A DNA stretch of 64,000 nucleotides from NCBI GenBank assembly GCA_000806155.1, contig JWKX01000012.1, positions 5,563 to 69,562 on the forward strand. The letters run 5' to 3'. The position numbers and the translations under genes are program-made. Below are positions 28,426 to 38,081 of this stretch, piece after piece; the stretch's first letter is position 1, and each line of letters begins with the position of its first letter. The notes beneath the pieces are model-generated. The model was not told where the DNA came from. It saw nothing but the letters and a program-made list of their open reading frames with translations, and did not search any database. Source of the stretch: an archaeon GW2011_AR18 (GTDB lineage: Archaea > Nanobdellota > Nanobdellia > SCGC-AAA011-G17 > GW2011-AR18).

Positions 28426-28848
28426 ATGGTAAACCAAATTTTCGTTAACTTATGTGTTAAAGACTTAAACAAATCCGTTGACTTTTTCACTAAATTAGGT
28501 TTTAAGTTCAATTCTCAGTTTACTGATGAGAATGCTACTTGTATGATTATTAAGAAAGACACTATATTTTCTATGTTGATAGTTGAAAAATATTTTAAAA
28601 CATTTATTCCTAATAGAGAAGTTTGTGATACTAAGAAATATAAGGAAATCTTGACAGCTTTATCTGTTGATAGTAAGAAAGAAGTTGATGATCTTGTTAA
28701 CAAAGCTATTAAAAACGGTGCTAAGGAATTCAGAGAAACTCAGGATATGGGTTGGATGTACGTAAGAGCTTTTGAAGATTTAGATAATCATGTCTGGGAA
28801 ATATTTTATATGGACGAAAGTAAAATGCCTAAGGAGATGAAAAAATAA
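28426..28848 (+). CDS. VOC (glyoxalase/bleomycin-resistance) family protein
   Basis: Paired beta-alpha-beta-beta-beta module pattern, 140 aa. Confidence 0.5.
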   Translation: MVNQIFVNLCVKDLNKSVDFFTKLGFKFNSQFTDENATCMIIKKDTIFSMLIVEKYFKTFIPNREVCDTKKYKEILTALSVDSKKEVDDLVNKAIKNGAKEFRETQDMGWMYVRAFEDLDNHVWEIFYMDESKMPKEMKK

Positions 28849-29207
28849 TGTCTTACATTGATGGTTTTGTTCTTGTAATTCCTAAGAAAAGTGTTAAGGA
28901 ATATGTTGAATTAGCTCAAAAAGCAGGTAAAGTCTGGAAAAAATATGGTGCTTTAAAATATGTTGAATGTATTGGTGATGATCTCTCATCTCAGATGGCT
29001 AAATTGACTTTTCCTAAAATGACTAAATTAAAAGCTAATGAAACTGTCTGGTTCTCTTTTATTGTTTACAAGGATAAGGAACATCGTGATAAAGTTAACG
29101 CTTTAGTTATGAAAGATTCTTTTATGCTTGAGTATAAGGATAAGCCTATGCCTTTTGATATGAAACGTTTTGCTTTCGCAGGTTTCAAGTCTATGGTAGA
29201 GTATTAG
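28848..29207 (+). CDS. DUF1428 family protein
   Basis: YIDGFVLVIPKKSVKEYVELAQKAGKVWKKYGALKYVECIGDDL matches the DUF1428 consensus. Confidence 0.6.
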   Translation: MSYIDGFVLVIPKKSVKEYVELAQKAGKVWKKYGALKYVECIGDDLSSQMAKLTFPKMTKLKANETVWFSFIVYKDKEHRDKVNALVMKDSFMLEYKDKPMPFDMKRFAFAGFKSMVEY

Positions 29208-29221
29208 ATTGGGAGGTTAAA

Positions 29222-29620
29222 ATGAATAGGGTTGTACACTTTGAGATTCAGGCAGATGATCCTGATAGAGCTATTAACTTTTATAAAAAAGTTTTTGGTT
29301 GGGATTTCATTAAATGGGAAGGATCTCCTAGTCCATACTGGATGATTATGACTGCTGAAAAAGATAGCAAAGAACCTGGTATTAATGGTGGTTTATTATC
29401 TCGTCCATGTCCAGCACCTGCTTCAGAACAAGGAACTAACGCTTATGTCTGTACAGTTTTAGTTGATGATTTTGATGAATATGAAAAAAAGATTAAAGCA
29501 TCTGGTGGTATTGTTGCTATGCCTAAGTTTGCTATTCCTAATATGGCCTGGCAGGGTTATTTTTTAGATACTGAAGGTAATACTTTTGGTATTCACCAGC
29601 CTGATAAGAATGCTAAATAA
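29222..29620 (+). CDS. VOC family protein (PhnB-like)
   Basis: HFEIQADDPDRAINFYKKVFGW ... FLDTEGNTFGIHQ. Confidence 0.55.
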   Translation: MNRVVHFEIQADDPDRAINFYKKVFGWDFIKWEGSPSPYWMIMTAEKDSKEPGINGGLLSRPCPAPASEQGTNAYVCTVLVDDFDEYEKKIKASGGIVAMPKFAIPNMAWQGYFLDTEGNTFGIHQPDKNAK

Positions 29621-29661
29621 TTTATAGAAAACTATATATAATATTAATTCTTTAAATTTTT

Positions 29662-29841
29662 ATGGTTAAAAAAGAAACTTATAGTTACAAAGGTTGGTTA
29701 AATTCTGATAGTTTTCTTAAAAGATCTTTTGCATGTTTAGGTTATCAGTTTGTCGCAACTTTGATTATATACTTTGCACTTGTAATTGTTGTAATAATAT
29801 TTGCAATTATATTTGGTTTAATTGCTATGTCATTTTAGATA
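29662..29841 (+). CDS. small hydrophobic membrane protein (59 aa)
   Basis: Single long TM helix; below the track's 60-aa cutoff. Confidence 0.25.
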
Positions 29842-29858
29842 ATTCTTTTTTCTATTTT

Positions 29859-30368
29859 TTAATAAAATAAATGTTCTTTTGCTAGATTTTTATATGCTTT
29901 ATTTATTACTTCCACATCTGTCTCGTTTTCATCTAATCCTAATGTTTTTCTTGCCTCTTTTCTCTTATCTTCAACTTCTTTATCCTCTTTGAATTCATGC
30001 GTGAACTCTTCTAATGTTTTTTCCTCATTTATTAATTTTTTAACCTCTAATTCTATTACTTTCATTACTACATACATGTTTTCTACAAATGTATTGCATA
30101 AGTTATAACTGTAATATAATCTATGACCATTAAAATACCATAATGCTGATGCTTTTGCTTTCTTTAATGCATATGCCTGTTCAGAAACTTCTATATATCC
30201 TTCAGCTAGTTCATTATTTCTTAGATTATCAATTATGCTCTGTCTGAACTGTGCTGCTCTTCTGTTAAATGAGTCTTTTACATTAGGTAGATTGAACTCA
30301 TTTCCTTTAGCTTTTATCATTGTCATTATTTTGATAATTTGGAAATATTCATAAAGTGGTATGGTCAT
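29859..30368 (-). CDS. hypothetical protein
   Basis: 169-aa ORF with a charged coiled-coil C-terminus. Confidence 0.35.
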   Translation of the reverse strand: MTIPLYEYFQIIKIMTMIKAKGNEFNLPNVKDSFNRRAAQFRQSIIDNLRNNELAEGYIEVSEQAYALKKAKASALWYFNGHRLYYSYNLCNTFVENMYVVMKVIELEVKKLINEEKTLEEFTHEFKEDKEVEDKRKEARKTLGLDENETDVEVINKAYKNLAKEHLFY

Positions 30369-30377
30369 TTTATTATT

Positions 30378-31025
30378 ATGAAAGAGCTTGATAAATTAAA
30401 CGTTGAATTCATTAAATCTAAAGAAAAAATTGCCAAATTATTCAAGGATAAGCATTCTCCTAACAATAAAGATTCTCGTCTTCCTCCAGGTCAATATCTT
30501 ACAGATAAATTTCCAGTATTGGATTTAGGTATTCAGCCTGATTTTGATCCTAAGACCTGGAAATTAGAAGTAGTTGGTGAAGTTTTTGAAAATAAAGTTT
30601 TTACTTATAATGATATTCTAAAAATGCCTCGTACTGATTTATCTAAAGATTTTACTTGTGTTACTAAATGGACTAAGTATGATGTTAGATGGTCTGGAGT
30701 ATTATGGAAAGATTTCTTAAAATATATTAAAGTTAAACCTTCTGCTAAGGCAGTAATGTTTTATGGTGCTGATGGTTACTCTACTAATAATCTTTTAGAA
30801 GATATTGAAAATGATACAACACTTTTAGCATATTTATTGGACTCTAAACCTATTCCTAAAGAGCATGGTTGGCCTATGCGTGTTATTATCCCTCATTTAT
30901 ATGCCTGGAAAGGTTCTAAATTTTTAAATAAGATTGAATTCATGAAAGAAAATAAACCAGGTTTCTGGGAAGTTAGAGGTTATCATTTGCGTGGTGATGC
31001 TAATTTAGAAGAACGTTATTCTTAG
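30378..31025 (+). CDS. sulfite-oxidase-family molybdopterin-binding domain protein (MsrP/YedY-like, short form)
   Basis: RLPPGQ, FTCVTKWTKYDVRWSGV, GADGYSTN, HGWPMRVIIPHLYAWKGSKFLNKIEF match the SO/MsrP Moco-domain motifs. Start at M14 to avoid the convergent overlap. Confidence 0.6.
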   Translation: MKELDKLNVEFIKSKEKIAKLFKDKHSPNNKDSRLPPGQYLTDKFPVLDLGIQPDFDPKTWKLEVVGEVFENKVFTYNDILKMPRTDLSKDFTCVTKWTKYDVRWSGVLWKDFLKYIKVKPSAKAVMFYGADGYSTNNLLEDIENDTTLLAYLLDSKPIPKEHGWPMRVIIPHLYAWKGSKFLNKIEFMKENKPGFWEVRGYHLRGDANLEERYS

Positions 31026-31060
31026 AAAGGTTTTTATTCTATTATTTATTATATTAATCT

Positions 31061-31270
31061 ATGAGATATAAAGCCACTTTTAATATTGAGGAGACTAGTC
31101 CTTATAATTTTAATAATTTCCCTGCTAATTATCATGATAGAAGAACAGATCGTTTTTTTGATGCAGATTGTATTGAAGATGCTGAAAGGTTGGTTCAAAA
31201 AATGCGTTCTGATATTAAGGATGATTTTACTAGAGTACATTTATTTAGTTTAGAAGAATTATCAGATTAA
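31061..31270 (+). CDS. hypothetical protein
   Basis: 69-aa ORF. Confidence 0.25.
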   Translation: MRYKATFNIEETSPYNFNNFPANYHDRRTDRFFDADCIEDAERLVQKMRSDIKDDFTRVHLFSLEELSD

Positions 31271-31271
31271 T

Positions 31272-31478
31272 TTATCTTTTTATATTAGAACTTCTCATTG
31301 CTCCCCCTCTTTTATATGGTGTTCCTCTTCCTCCTTTTGTCCCTCTTGATTCCGGATATACATCTAATACTTCCTCAGACTCATCATATCCGCAGCTTAG
31401 GCATATTAGGAATTTTCCTCCCATTACATCAACCTGGTCTATATGCTTGCTTTTGCATTTTGGGCATTCTGTTTTCAT
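31272..31478 (-). CDS. zinc-ribbon protein
   Basis: CPKC...CLSCGY four-Cys ribbon with a Gly/Arg-rich tail. Confidence 0.35.
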   Translation of the reverse strand: MKTECPKCKSKHIDQVDVMGGKFLICLSCGYDESEEVLDVYPESRGTKGGRGTPYKRGGAMRSSNIKR

Positions 31479-31552
31479 TTTTCTAATATTTTTGTCAATC
31501 CTTCTAAAATATATGGGAAAAGGATATTAATAAGTTTATTTATTATAAGTAT

Positions 31553-31804
31553 ATGGTTGAAGCAATTAAAGTATCTGATGGTAAAATCGTGATTCCTGAG
31601 AACATAAGAAACAACCTTGATATAAAAGACGGTTCAACTCTTATGTTAATAGAAAAAGATGGTTTTATAATCATTAAAAAGAAAAATAAGTCTAATAATA
31701 AAATTGATTATGAAAAGTTAGGTTGGATGTACCTTGCAGAGAATTCTTTCAAAAAATTATGGGATAATAAAAAGGATGATGAAATATGGAGCAAATATCT
31801 ATAG
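31553..31804 (+). CDS. mazE: AbrB/MazE-type antitoxin
   Basis: KVSDGKIVIPENIRNNLDIKDGSTLML swapped-hairpin motif. Confidence 0.6.
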   Translation: MVEAIKVSDGKIVIPENIRNNLDIKDGSTLMLIEKDGFIIIKKKNKSNNKIDYEKLGWMYLAENSFKKLWDNKKDDEIWSKYL

Positions 31805-32127
31805 AACAAAGGGATATTGTATTATTGCCTTTTCCATTTTCTGATCAAAGTGGGTTTAAAGTAAGACCTGCTTTAGTTGCTAGTAATAATACTTTTAATA
31901 GGTCTGATGATATTATAGTATTTGGAATTACATCTAACATCTCAAAGAATTTTTATACTTTAATAATTAATGATCAAAATTTAGAAAAAAATATTATAGA
32001 AGATTCTTGTTGTATTAAAGTTGAAAATATATTAAAGATTGACAAGAAATTAATTATAAAAAAGCTAGACAGATTAAAAGAAAGTGACTTTAATAAACTT
32101 AAGGAATTAATATTAAAAATATTTTAA
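31786..32127 (+). CDS. mazF: MazF/PemK-type mRNA interferase toxin
   Basis: RDIVLLPFPFSDQSGFKVRPALVAS...IVFGITS; overlaps mazE by 19 nt. Confidence 0.7.
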   Translation: MEQISIEQRDIVLLPFPFSDQSGFKVRPALVASNNTFNRSDDIIVFGITSNISKNFYTLIINDQNLEKNIIEDSCCIKVENILKIDKKLIIKKLDRLKESDFNKLKELILKIF

Positions 32128-32378
32128 ATTATCCTTTTCTTTGTATCTTTCTCGAATATCTTTATTACAGTTACTGGACAGCTCTCTGCTGCATCTTTAT
32201 ACTTTTCTAATTCGCTCTCATCTATCTCTTTGAACCAGTTTTTCCCCTCTTTTTTTGAATCCTTTAGATCTGCTTTTCCATCATCTACCATTGTCCATTG
32301 GTCTGGCTGTACTGCTACACATGCTGCAGCTCCTATGCATCCATCCCTATCATATTCTACTAAGTATTTTTTTCCCAT
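32124..32378 (-). CDS. small [Fe-S] ferredoxin-like protein
   Basis: DGCIGAAACVAV...CPVTVI cluster-binding Cys pattern; 84 aa. Confidence 0.5.
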   Translation of the reverse strand: MGKKYLVEYDRDGCIGAAACVAVQPDQWTMVDDGKADLKDSKKEGKNWFKEIDESELEKYKDAAESCPVTVIKIFEKDTKKRII

Positions 32379-32550
32379 TGTTGATTCCTCTTTATGATTT
32401 TGATAAGTTTTTGATTAAAAATTAGTTAATAAAGTTTTCTTTACTAGAGTTCTATCTTTCCTTTTATGTCTAATTCCTCAATTATTATCATTATTATTGG
32501 TGATAGTACTATTAATATTACAAGTATGAATAAGAATATTTGTGATGGTG

Positions 32551-32763
32551 TCATTTTACTGCTAGTTTTATATCTCCTGCTTTTACTGTTTTTCTCCCTG
32601 AATGTTGTGCTATCCTTGCAGCTTTTTCTCCTATCTCTTCAGCGTAATCCTCTAATACCACTCTCATCATCTCTTTTGCATCCTCGCTCACTCTTGGCGC
32701 TCCTGATTTCTTAAGTAATTTTTCCATTGCAGCTAGTGCTAATAAATTTTTATCTTTATTCAT
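32551..32763 (-). CDS. archaeal histone (HMf family)
   Basis: APRVSEDAKEMMRVVLEDYAEEIGEKAARIAQHSGRKTVKAGDIKLAVK matches the HMfB histone fold (RVS..A, HAGRKTV..D..LA). Confidence 0.8.
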   Translation of the reverse strand: MNKDKNLLALAAMEKLLKKSGAPRVSEDAKEMMRVVLEDYAEEIGEKAARIAQHSGRKTVKAGDIKLAVK

Positions 32764-32802
32764 AAATATCTTTATTTTACTGGTCTTTTATATCTTTTGG
32801 TA

Positions 32803-33252
32803 TTAGCAATATCTTTTTCTTTCCTCTTCTGTTATCATCTCTCTGTAAGCTTTATAACCAGGATAATTTGCATATACTTCATTTTTTAGTATAATCATAT
32901 ATGTGCTCTCTTCATCTGCATATTCTAGTGATTCTCTGAATTTTCCACTCTCTAGATCTCTCTTAGTTTTTATTGGCAATTCTGTTAAAGCATTATATAC
33001 TCTTGTTTTTAATATTTTAATAATCTGAACTGGGAATCTTTTATCATAATCATTTATTTTTATCCTTGATATCCTTTGTCTGAATTTTTCGCATGTTATC
33101 TCTAATCTGTTTAATTCTCTGATTACAATATCTGGTTTATTTTTTTCATAATATTTTTTTATGTTTTTCGGACTTTCCCTAAATACTCTGACCATTGCTG
33201 AATATCCGTATATATCAAATTTTTTCCATAACTCGTATTCTTTTTTTCCCAT
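32803..33252 (-). CDS. hypothetical protein
   Basis: 149-aa ORF. Confidence 0.35.
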   Translation of the reverse strand: MGKKEYELWKKFDIYGYSAMVRVFRESPKNIKKYYEKNKPDIVIRELNRLEITCEKFRQRISRIKINDYDKRFPVQIIKILKTRVYNALTELPIKTKRDLESGKFRESLEYADEESTYMIILKNEVYANYPGYKAYREMITEEERKRYC

Positions 33253-33254
33253 TT

Positions 33255-33491
33255 TTATCTGAATATTCTTTTCCCTCTTTCGAAGAAGCTTATTATTGTT
33301 ATTATGATTACTATTAATACTAATAATGCGAACAATGCTGATATGAATACAAACAAGAATAATATTACTAGTAATACAATGAATGCTATAAGTATCCTTC
33401 TTGAAAGTTTTATTCTTGAATCTAGTTTTAAAAATATATATTCTGCAATTATTAGTGCTGCTATAAAGATTAAGTCTTGTATGCTGAACAT
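33255..33491 (-). CDS. small two-TM membrane protein
   Basis: Hydrophobic 78-aa ORF adjacent to the previous gene. Confidence 0.3.
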   Translation of the reverse strand: MFSIQDLIFIAALIIAEYIFLKLDSRIKLSRRILIAFIVLLVILFLFVFISALFALLVLIVIIITIISFFERGKRIFR

Positions 33492-33528
33492 ATAGTTTTA
33501 TATAACATTTTACTTTTAAGCTTTATGT

Positions 33529-34557
33529 ATGATTACTAAAAAGGAAATTAAAGAAATTCATAAATTCTTATCTGAAGCTTCTAATCCATTATTTTTGTAT
33601 GATGATGATTGTGATGGTTTCTGTGCTTATCTGTTATTAAAAAAACATTATAAAAAAGGTGAGGGTATGATTATTAAGAGTTCTCCTAAGCTTGATGTTA
33701 ATGCTGTTTACTCTGTTATTAATGCTAAGCCGGATTTGGTTGTTATTTTAGATAAACCTCTAGTCTCCCAGGAATTTATTGATCAGGTCAGGACTCCTAT
33801 TGTTTGGTTGGATCATCATCCTGTTCAGAATATGAATAATGTTAATTACTACAATCCTAGGAAACATCGTTCCAATAGACCGACAACCTACTTAGCTTAC
33901 TCTGTTGTTAAATCTAATTTATGGATTGCTGTTATTGGCTGTGTTTTTGATCATTTTGTTCCTGATTTCATTTCAGATTTCATGAAAGAATATCCTGATT
34001 TATTGTCTCAATCCCCTAAGGATATTGATGATATTAAGTTCTCAGGTGATGTTGGTAAATTAATTAGGATTTTTTCTTTTAATCTTAAAGGAAAAATTAC
34101 AGATGTAAAAGATTCTTTGAAAGCTTTGGAAAAAATTGATTCTCCTTATGAAATTCTTAACCAATCTTCTGATTCTGGTAAATATGTTTATTCTAGATAT
34201 GAAAAACTTAACAAGGATTATATAGAACTTTTGAATTATGCCAGATCTCAAATCAATGAAGACAAAGTTTTTGTTTTCAAGTATCCTTCTTCTAATACTA
34301 GTTTTACTGGTGAATTATCTAATGAACTAATTCATTTGTATCATGATAAAATTATTGTTATTGCTAGACTAAAAGATGATGAATATCGTATAAGTTTCAG
34401 GTCTTCTAAGATTAATATCCGTAAGGTTTTAGAAAAGGCTTTGGTTGGTATTGAGGGTTATGCTGGTGGTCATGATCATGCTTGTGGTGGTGCTGTTAAG
34501 ACTCATAATTTTGACAGGTTTATTGAGAATGTTAAAAACTTAGTTAAGAAAAAATGA
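33529..34557 (+). CDS. DHH/DHHA1 family phosphoesterase (RecJ/NrnA-like)
   Basis: YDDDCDGFCAY (motif I), VILD, WLDHHP (DHH), C-terminal GYAGGHDHACGG (DHHA1 GGGH). Confidence 0.7.
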   Translation: MITKKEIKEIHKFLSEASNPLFLYDDDCDGFCAYLLLKKHYKKGEGMIIKSSPKLDVNAVYSVINAKPDLVVILDKPLVSQEFIDQVRTPIVWLDHHPVQNMNNVNYYNPRKHRSNRPTTYLAYSVVKSNLWIAVIGCVFDHFVPDFISDFMKEYPDLLSQSPKDIDDIKFSGDVGKLIRIFSFNLKGKITDVKDSLKALEKIDSPYEILNQSSDSGKYVYSRYEKLNKDYIELLNYARSQINEDKVFVFKYPSSNTSFTGELSNELIHLYHDKIIVIARLKDDEYRISFRSSKINIRKVLEKALVGIEGYAGGHDHACGGAVKTHNFDRFIENVKNLVKKK

Positions 34558-35258
34558 GTTATGATAATATTGTTAAATTAATTGCGGGTCATTCAAATAC
34601 TAAGAAATCCGAAATTTATAAAAGGTTCTTCAAGACTTCTGAAGGTGATTACGGTCATGGTGATATCTTTCTTGGATTAACTGTTCCTCAGTCTAGGATT
34701 ATTGCTAAAAAATTTCATGATTTAAGTTTTGTTGATTTAAAAAGATTATTGAATTCAAAGATTCATGAACATAGGTTGGTTGCTATTATTATTTTAGTTG
34801 AAAGATTTAATAAAAATCCTGGAGTTGTTTATGATTTTTATCTTGATAATATTGATTATGTTAATAATTGGGATCTTGTTGATTTATCAGCTGATAAGAT
34901 TGTTGGAAAATATTTATTTGATAAATCTGATCGTTCTATTCTTTACAGATTAGTAAAATCTAATAATCTATGGCATAGAAGAATATCTATTGTCTCAACT
35001 TTTTATTTTATTAAGAATAATGTTTTTGATGACACATTGAAGATTTCAGAATTATTATTGAATGACAAGCATGATTTAATTCACAAATCAGTAGGTTGGA
35101 TGCTCCGTGAAGTTGGTAAACGTTCTCTTGACGATTTAGAGGAATTTTTAGATAAATATTCTAAAATAATGCCTAGGACTATGTTGAGATATTCTATTGA
35201 AAAGTTTCCCGAAGAGAAAAGGCTTTTTTATTTAAATATGAGAAAAGAAACCTTTTAA
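34554..35258 (+). CDS. DNA alkylation repair protein (AlkD/AlkC HEAT-like repeat family)
   Basis: FFKTSEGDYGHGDIFLGLTVPQSR, NNWDLVDLSA, WHRRISIV, KSVGWMLREVGKR, MLRYSIEKFPEEKR; ATGA overlap with the DHH gene. Confidence 0.7.
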   Translation: MSYDNIVKLIAGHSNTKKSEIYKRFFKTSEGDYGHGDIFLGLTVPQSRIIAKKFHDLSFVDLKRLLNSKIHEHRLVAIIILVERFNKNPGVVYDFYLDNIDYVNNWDLVDLSADKIVGKYLFDKSDRSILYRLVKSNNLWHRRISIVSTFYFIKNNVFDDTLKISELLLNDKHDLIHKSVGWMLREVGKRSLDDLEEFLDKYSKIMPRTMLRYSIEKFPEEKRLFYLNMRKETF

Positions 35259-35282
35259 TAGCTATTATCTGATTCTAATTGA

Positions 35283-37214
35283 ATGATTAAAAAGAGTGTT
35301 TTATTGTTGTTAATTATTATACTGACTTCATTTTCAGTTTATGCTATTGATCAGCCTGTTAATGATTATAACTCATATAGTTTTATTGATTATGATGTGG
35401 GTATAGTTGGGAGTTTTGATCTTACACCTACTAGTTCTAATTCTAAGATTGGTGAAGTCACTTCTATTCTTACTTTTTTCCCAAGAAGTGATGATTTGCA
35501 GGAAGTAAAATCTCTAAACTTCAATTCAGTTCCTCAAGCTTCTATATCTAATAATTCTGACGAGATTTCTTATAATTGGGTCTCTCCTCAGGATAATTCT
35601 TTTGAATTATCTTTTGATTCTAATGTTAGGACTAATAATAGGTTGATTATTGTAGATGATAAAATTAATTTTCCTTTGTCAGGTGTTGAATCTTTCTATA
35701 CTCAGCCTACTGAATTTATTGATATAAATAATGATATTACACTTAAAGCATCTGACATTGCTAGTGGTGAAGATGACTTGTATGTTGTTAGTTTTAAAGT
35801 AGCTGATTGGATTCAGGATAATATTAAATATGATCTTGGTTCTTTGACAGCTGAGGTTGTCCAGAAATCTAGCTGGGTTCTTAAAAATAAGGAAGGTGTA
35901 TGTGATGAGTTGACTAATTTATTTATCTCTATGATGCGTTCTTTAGGTGTTCCTGCACGTTACGTCTCAGGAGTTGCTTATACTAATGCTGGTTACAAAT
36001 TTGGTCCTCATGCATGGGCTGAAGTTTATTTTCCAGATAAGGGTTGGGTTCCTTTTGATGTTACTTATAGGCAGTTTGGATGGGTTGATCCTAGTCATAT
36101 TAAATTGAAAGTGAGTTCTGACTCTGGTGATCCTACTATCAGGTATACTTGGAAATCTGTTGATACTAGTATTAAGGGTAAAAAGATTGATATTGATACC
36201 AAAGTTGTTAATACTGGAACTATTGTAAAGAATCCTGTAATCATTGCAGTTAAGCCTCTGATTAATAGTGTTGGTCCTGGAAGTTTTGTCCCTTTTGAAG
36301 TTTCTATCAAGAATCCTAATAATTATTATTTTCCACTATCACTTGCTGTGACTAAAGCTAATGCTCTTACAGATAAGAACTCTAAGGAGATTTTATTGAA
36401 ACCTGGTGAATCGAGAAAAGTTTTCTGGATTTCTTCTATTCCTGGGAGTATTGATAATGGTTATATCTATAAATCTACATTTGAAGTGGAAGACCAGTTC
36501 CATAATAAATATAGCACAAATATAACTTACTCTTTAGGTATTGAATCTGTTTCAAAAGATCAGGCTGATAAGATGATATCATCTGTCAAGCCTTCTGATA
36601 ATCTATCACCTTTAGAACTTGATTGTTCATCAACTAAATTCACTTTCTCATACGAAACACCATCTGTAAAATGTAAGGTAAAGAATAATTCCGGAAGAAA
36701 GCTTTTCAATCTTGATGTCTGTGCCTCTTCTGTGTGTAAATCTATGGCTCTTGATGAGTCTGAAGAGAAATCTGTTGATATCAAACTTCCTCTATTGAAG
36801 GAGGGTGTTAATATTATTGAGATAACAGCAAAGTCTGATTCATTTAATGTTAAGGAAAGTGTTAGGATTGAAATCTTGTCTAATCCTGATCTTTCTATTA
36901 GTGATATTAAATATCCTCGGGAGATTCCTTATGGAGAGAGCTTTAAATTTGATGTCTTGTTGAATGTGAAAGTTCCTGTAAAAGATGTACACCTTTTTAT
37001 TAATGATATAGAAGTTTTTAAGATTGATTTCATGGATGGATCAAAGAAAGCCTCTATGAAGTTTAATTCAGATGATCTTTACAAGAAGGATAATATTAAT
37101 TTAAGGATTGATTTCAAGGATAAGAATGATAAGCAATACTCTATAGATAAGGATTATCCTGTTCAAGTCACTAATGTCCCATTTTTAGTTAGATTTTTCA
37201 GTATTTTTTCTTAA
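35283..37214 (+). CDS. secreted transglutaminase-like cysteine protease domain protein
   Basis: Signal peptide; GVCDELTNLFISMMRSLGVPARYVSG...GPHAWAEVYF...WVPFDV (Cys-His-Asp core); beta-rich C-terminal domains. Confidence 0.65.
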   Translation: MIKKSVLLLLIIILTSFSVYAIDQPVNDYNSYSFIDYDVGIVGSFDLTPTSSNSKIGEVTSILTFFPRSDDLQEVKSLNFNSVPQASISNNSDEISYNWVSPQDNSFELSFDSNVRTNNRLIIVDDKINFPLSGVESFYTQPTEFIDINNDITLKASDIASGEDDLYVVSFKVADWIQDNIKYDLGSLTAEVVQKSSWVLKNKEGVCDELTNLFISMMRSLGVPARYVSGVAYTNAGYKFGPHAWAEVYFPDKGWVPFDVTYRQFGWVDPSHIKLKVSSDSGDPTIRYTWKSVDTSIKGKKIDIDTKVVNTGTIVKNPVIIAVKPLINSVGPGSFVPFEVSIKNPNNYYFPLSLAVTKANALTDKNSKEILLKPGESRKVFWISSIPGSIDNGYIYKSTFEVEDQFHNKYSTNITYSLGIESVSKDQADKMISSVKPSDNLSPLELDCSSTKFTFSYETPSVKCKVKNNSGRKLFNLDVCASSVCKSMALDESEEKSVDIKLPLLKEGVNIIEITAKSDSFNVKESVRIEILSNPDLSISDIKYPREIPYGESFKFDVLLNVKVPVKDVHLFINDIEVFKIDFMDGSKKASMKFNSDDLYKKDNINLRIDFKDKNDKQYSIDKDYPVQVTNVPFLVRFFSIFS

Positions 37215-37262
37215 AATGTTAAAGAAAGGTTTATTAAATTTTTTATATTTTTTATATTTACA

Positions 37263-37874
37263 ATGACACGTAGTATTACTCACAATCTTGGCTTACTAGC
37301 TATAACTGATCTTTTAGATGAAGATGACTCAAAACTTGTTACTAGTATTTTTAAAGGAATAAGTAGAAGAAGAGAACAAGAGGGTATAAGAGAATTATTC
37401 AAAATTATAACTAAAGATTATGAAAGGATTTATTCTATGGCGATTTTAAGCAATGAGAGAGATGATTTGGAACGCCATTCAGATATGGTAAGTGTAGTAG
37501 AGAGGCAATTAGCGAGAAGTGTTGGAGATCAAGCATTAGAATTATATGGTCGTTTATGGTTAAATGTCGATATGACTCATGTAGGTCTAAATGGTATTAC
37601 AAGATCAAAGACACCAAATTATCAAGGAGTAGAGTCAGTATACAAGGCTTATCAAAGAGCAGTAAGAATTAATAGAGTATTATACTCTGATGTAAGAGAT
37701 AATCATAGTACATCTCCATATCAGTCTAAGGTTATATCGCTTGGAGATTTTATACATAGAACACAAGAAAGTTTATTGCCAATAGTTCAAAAAGGTGCAA
37801 GATTTAGGCATGAGGCTGACCCTACTAATGACCCAAATAATCTTCCTTTAAATCTTAATGCCAAAACAATTTAA
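37263..37874 (+). CDS. hypothetical protein with atypical composition
   Basis: 203-aa ORF, noticeably less AT-skewed than its neighbours; abuts a tRNA gene. Confidence 0.35.
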   Translation: MTRSITHNLGLLAITDLLDEDDSKLVTSIFKGISRRREQEGIRELFKIITKDYERIYSMAILSNERDDLERHSDMVSVVERQLARSVGDQALELYGRLWLNVDMTHVGLNGITRSKTPNYQGVESVYKAYQRAVRINRVLYSDVRDNHSTSPYQSKVISLGDFIHRTQESLLPIVQKGARFRHEADPTNDPNNLPLNLNAKTI

Positions 37875-37879
37875 TTAGG

Positions 37880-38019
37880 CGAGCCCGGAGGGATTTTCGT
37901 TCACCTTTATCTTGTTTGGTCAAGCTTTCTTAAAGGTTGTATTCGAACCCCCATGCAACGGTATCTTCTAACATCAGAGCATCCGAAGCCGTTAATGTTA
38001 TCCATTACATCACGGGCCC
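37880..38019 (-). tRNA. tRNA-Arg(UCG) with two introns: 20 nt at canonical 37/38 and 48 nt in the T-loop
   Basis: rc reads GGGCCCG-TG-ATGT-AATGGATA-ACAT-T-AACGG-CTTCGG[20 nt]A-CCGTT-GCAT-GGGGG-TTCGAAT[48 nt]-CCCTC-CGGGCTC-G. All stems pair, mature length 72, and CTTC pairs with intron GAAG (BHB-like). Confidence 0.65.
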
Positions 38020-38081
38020 ATTTTAATATCCATTGTTATAGAATAAAAACCTTTTTATAATTCATTTTAAATAATAATCAC

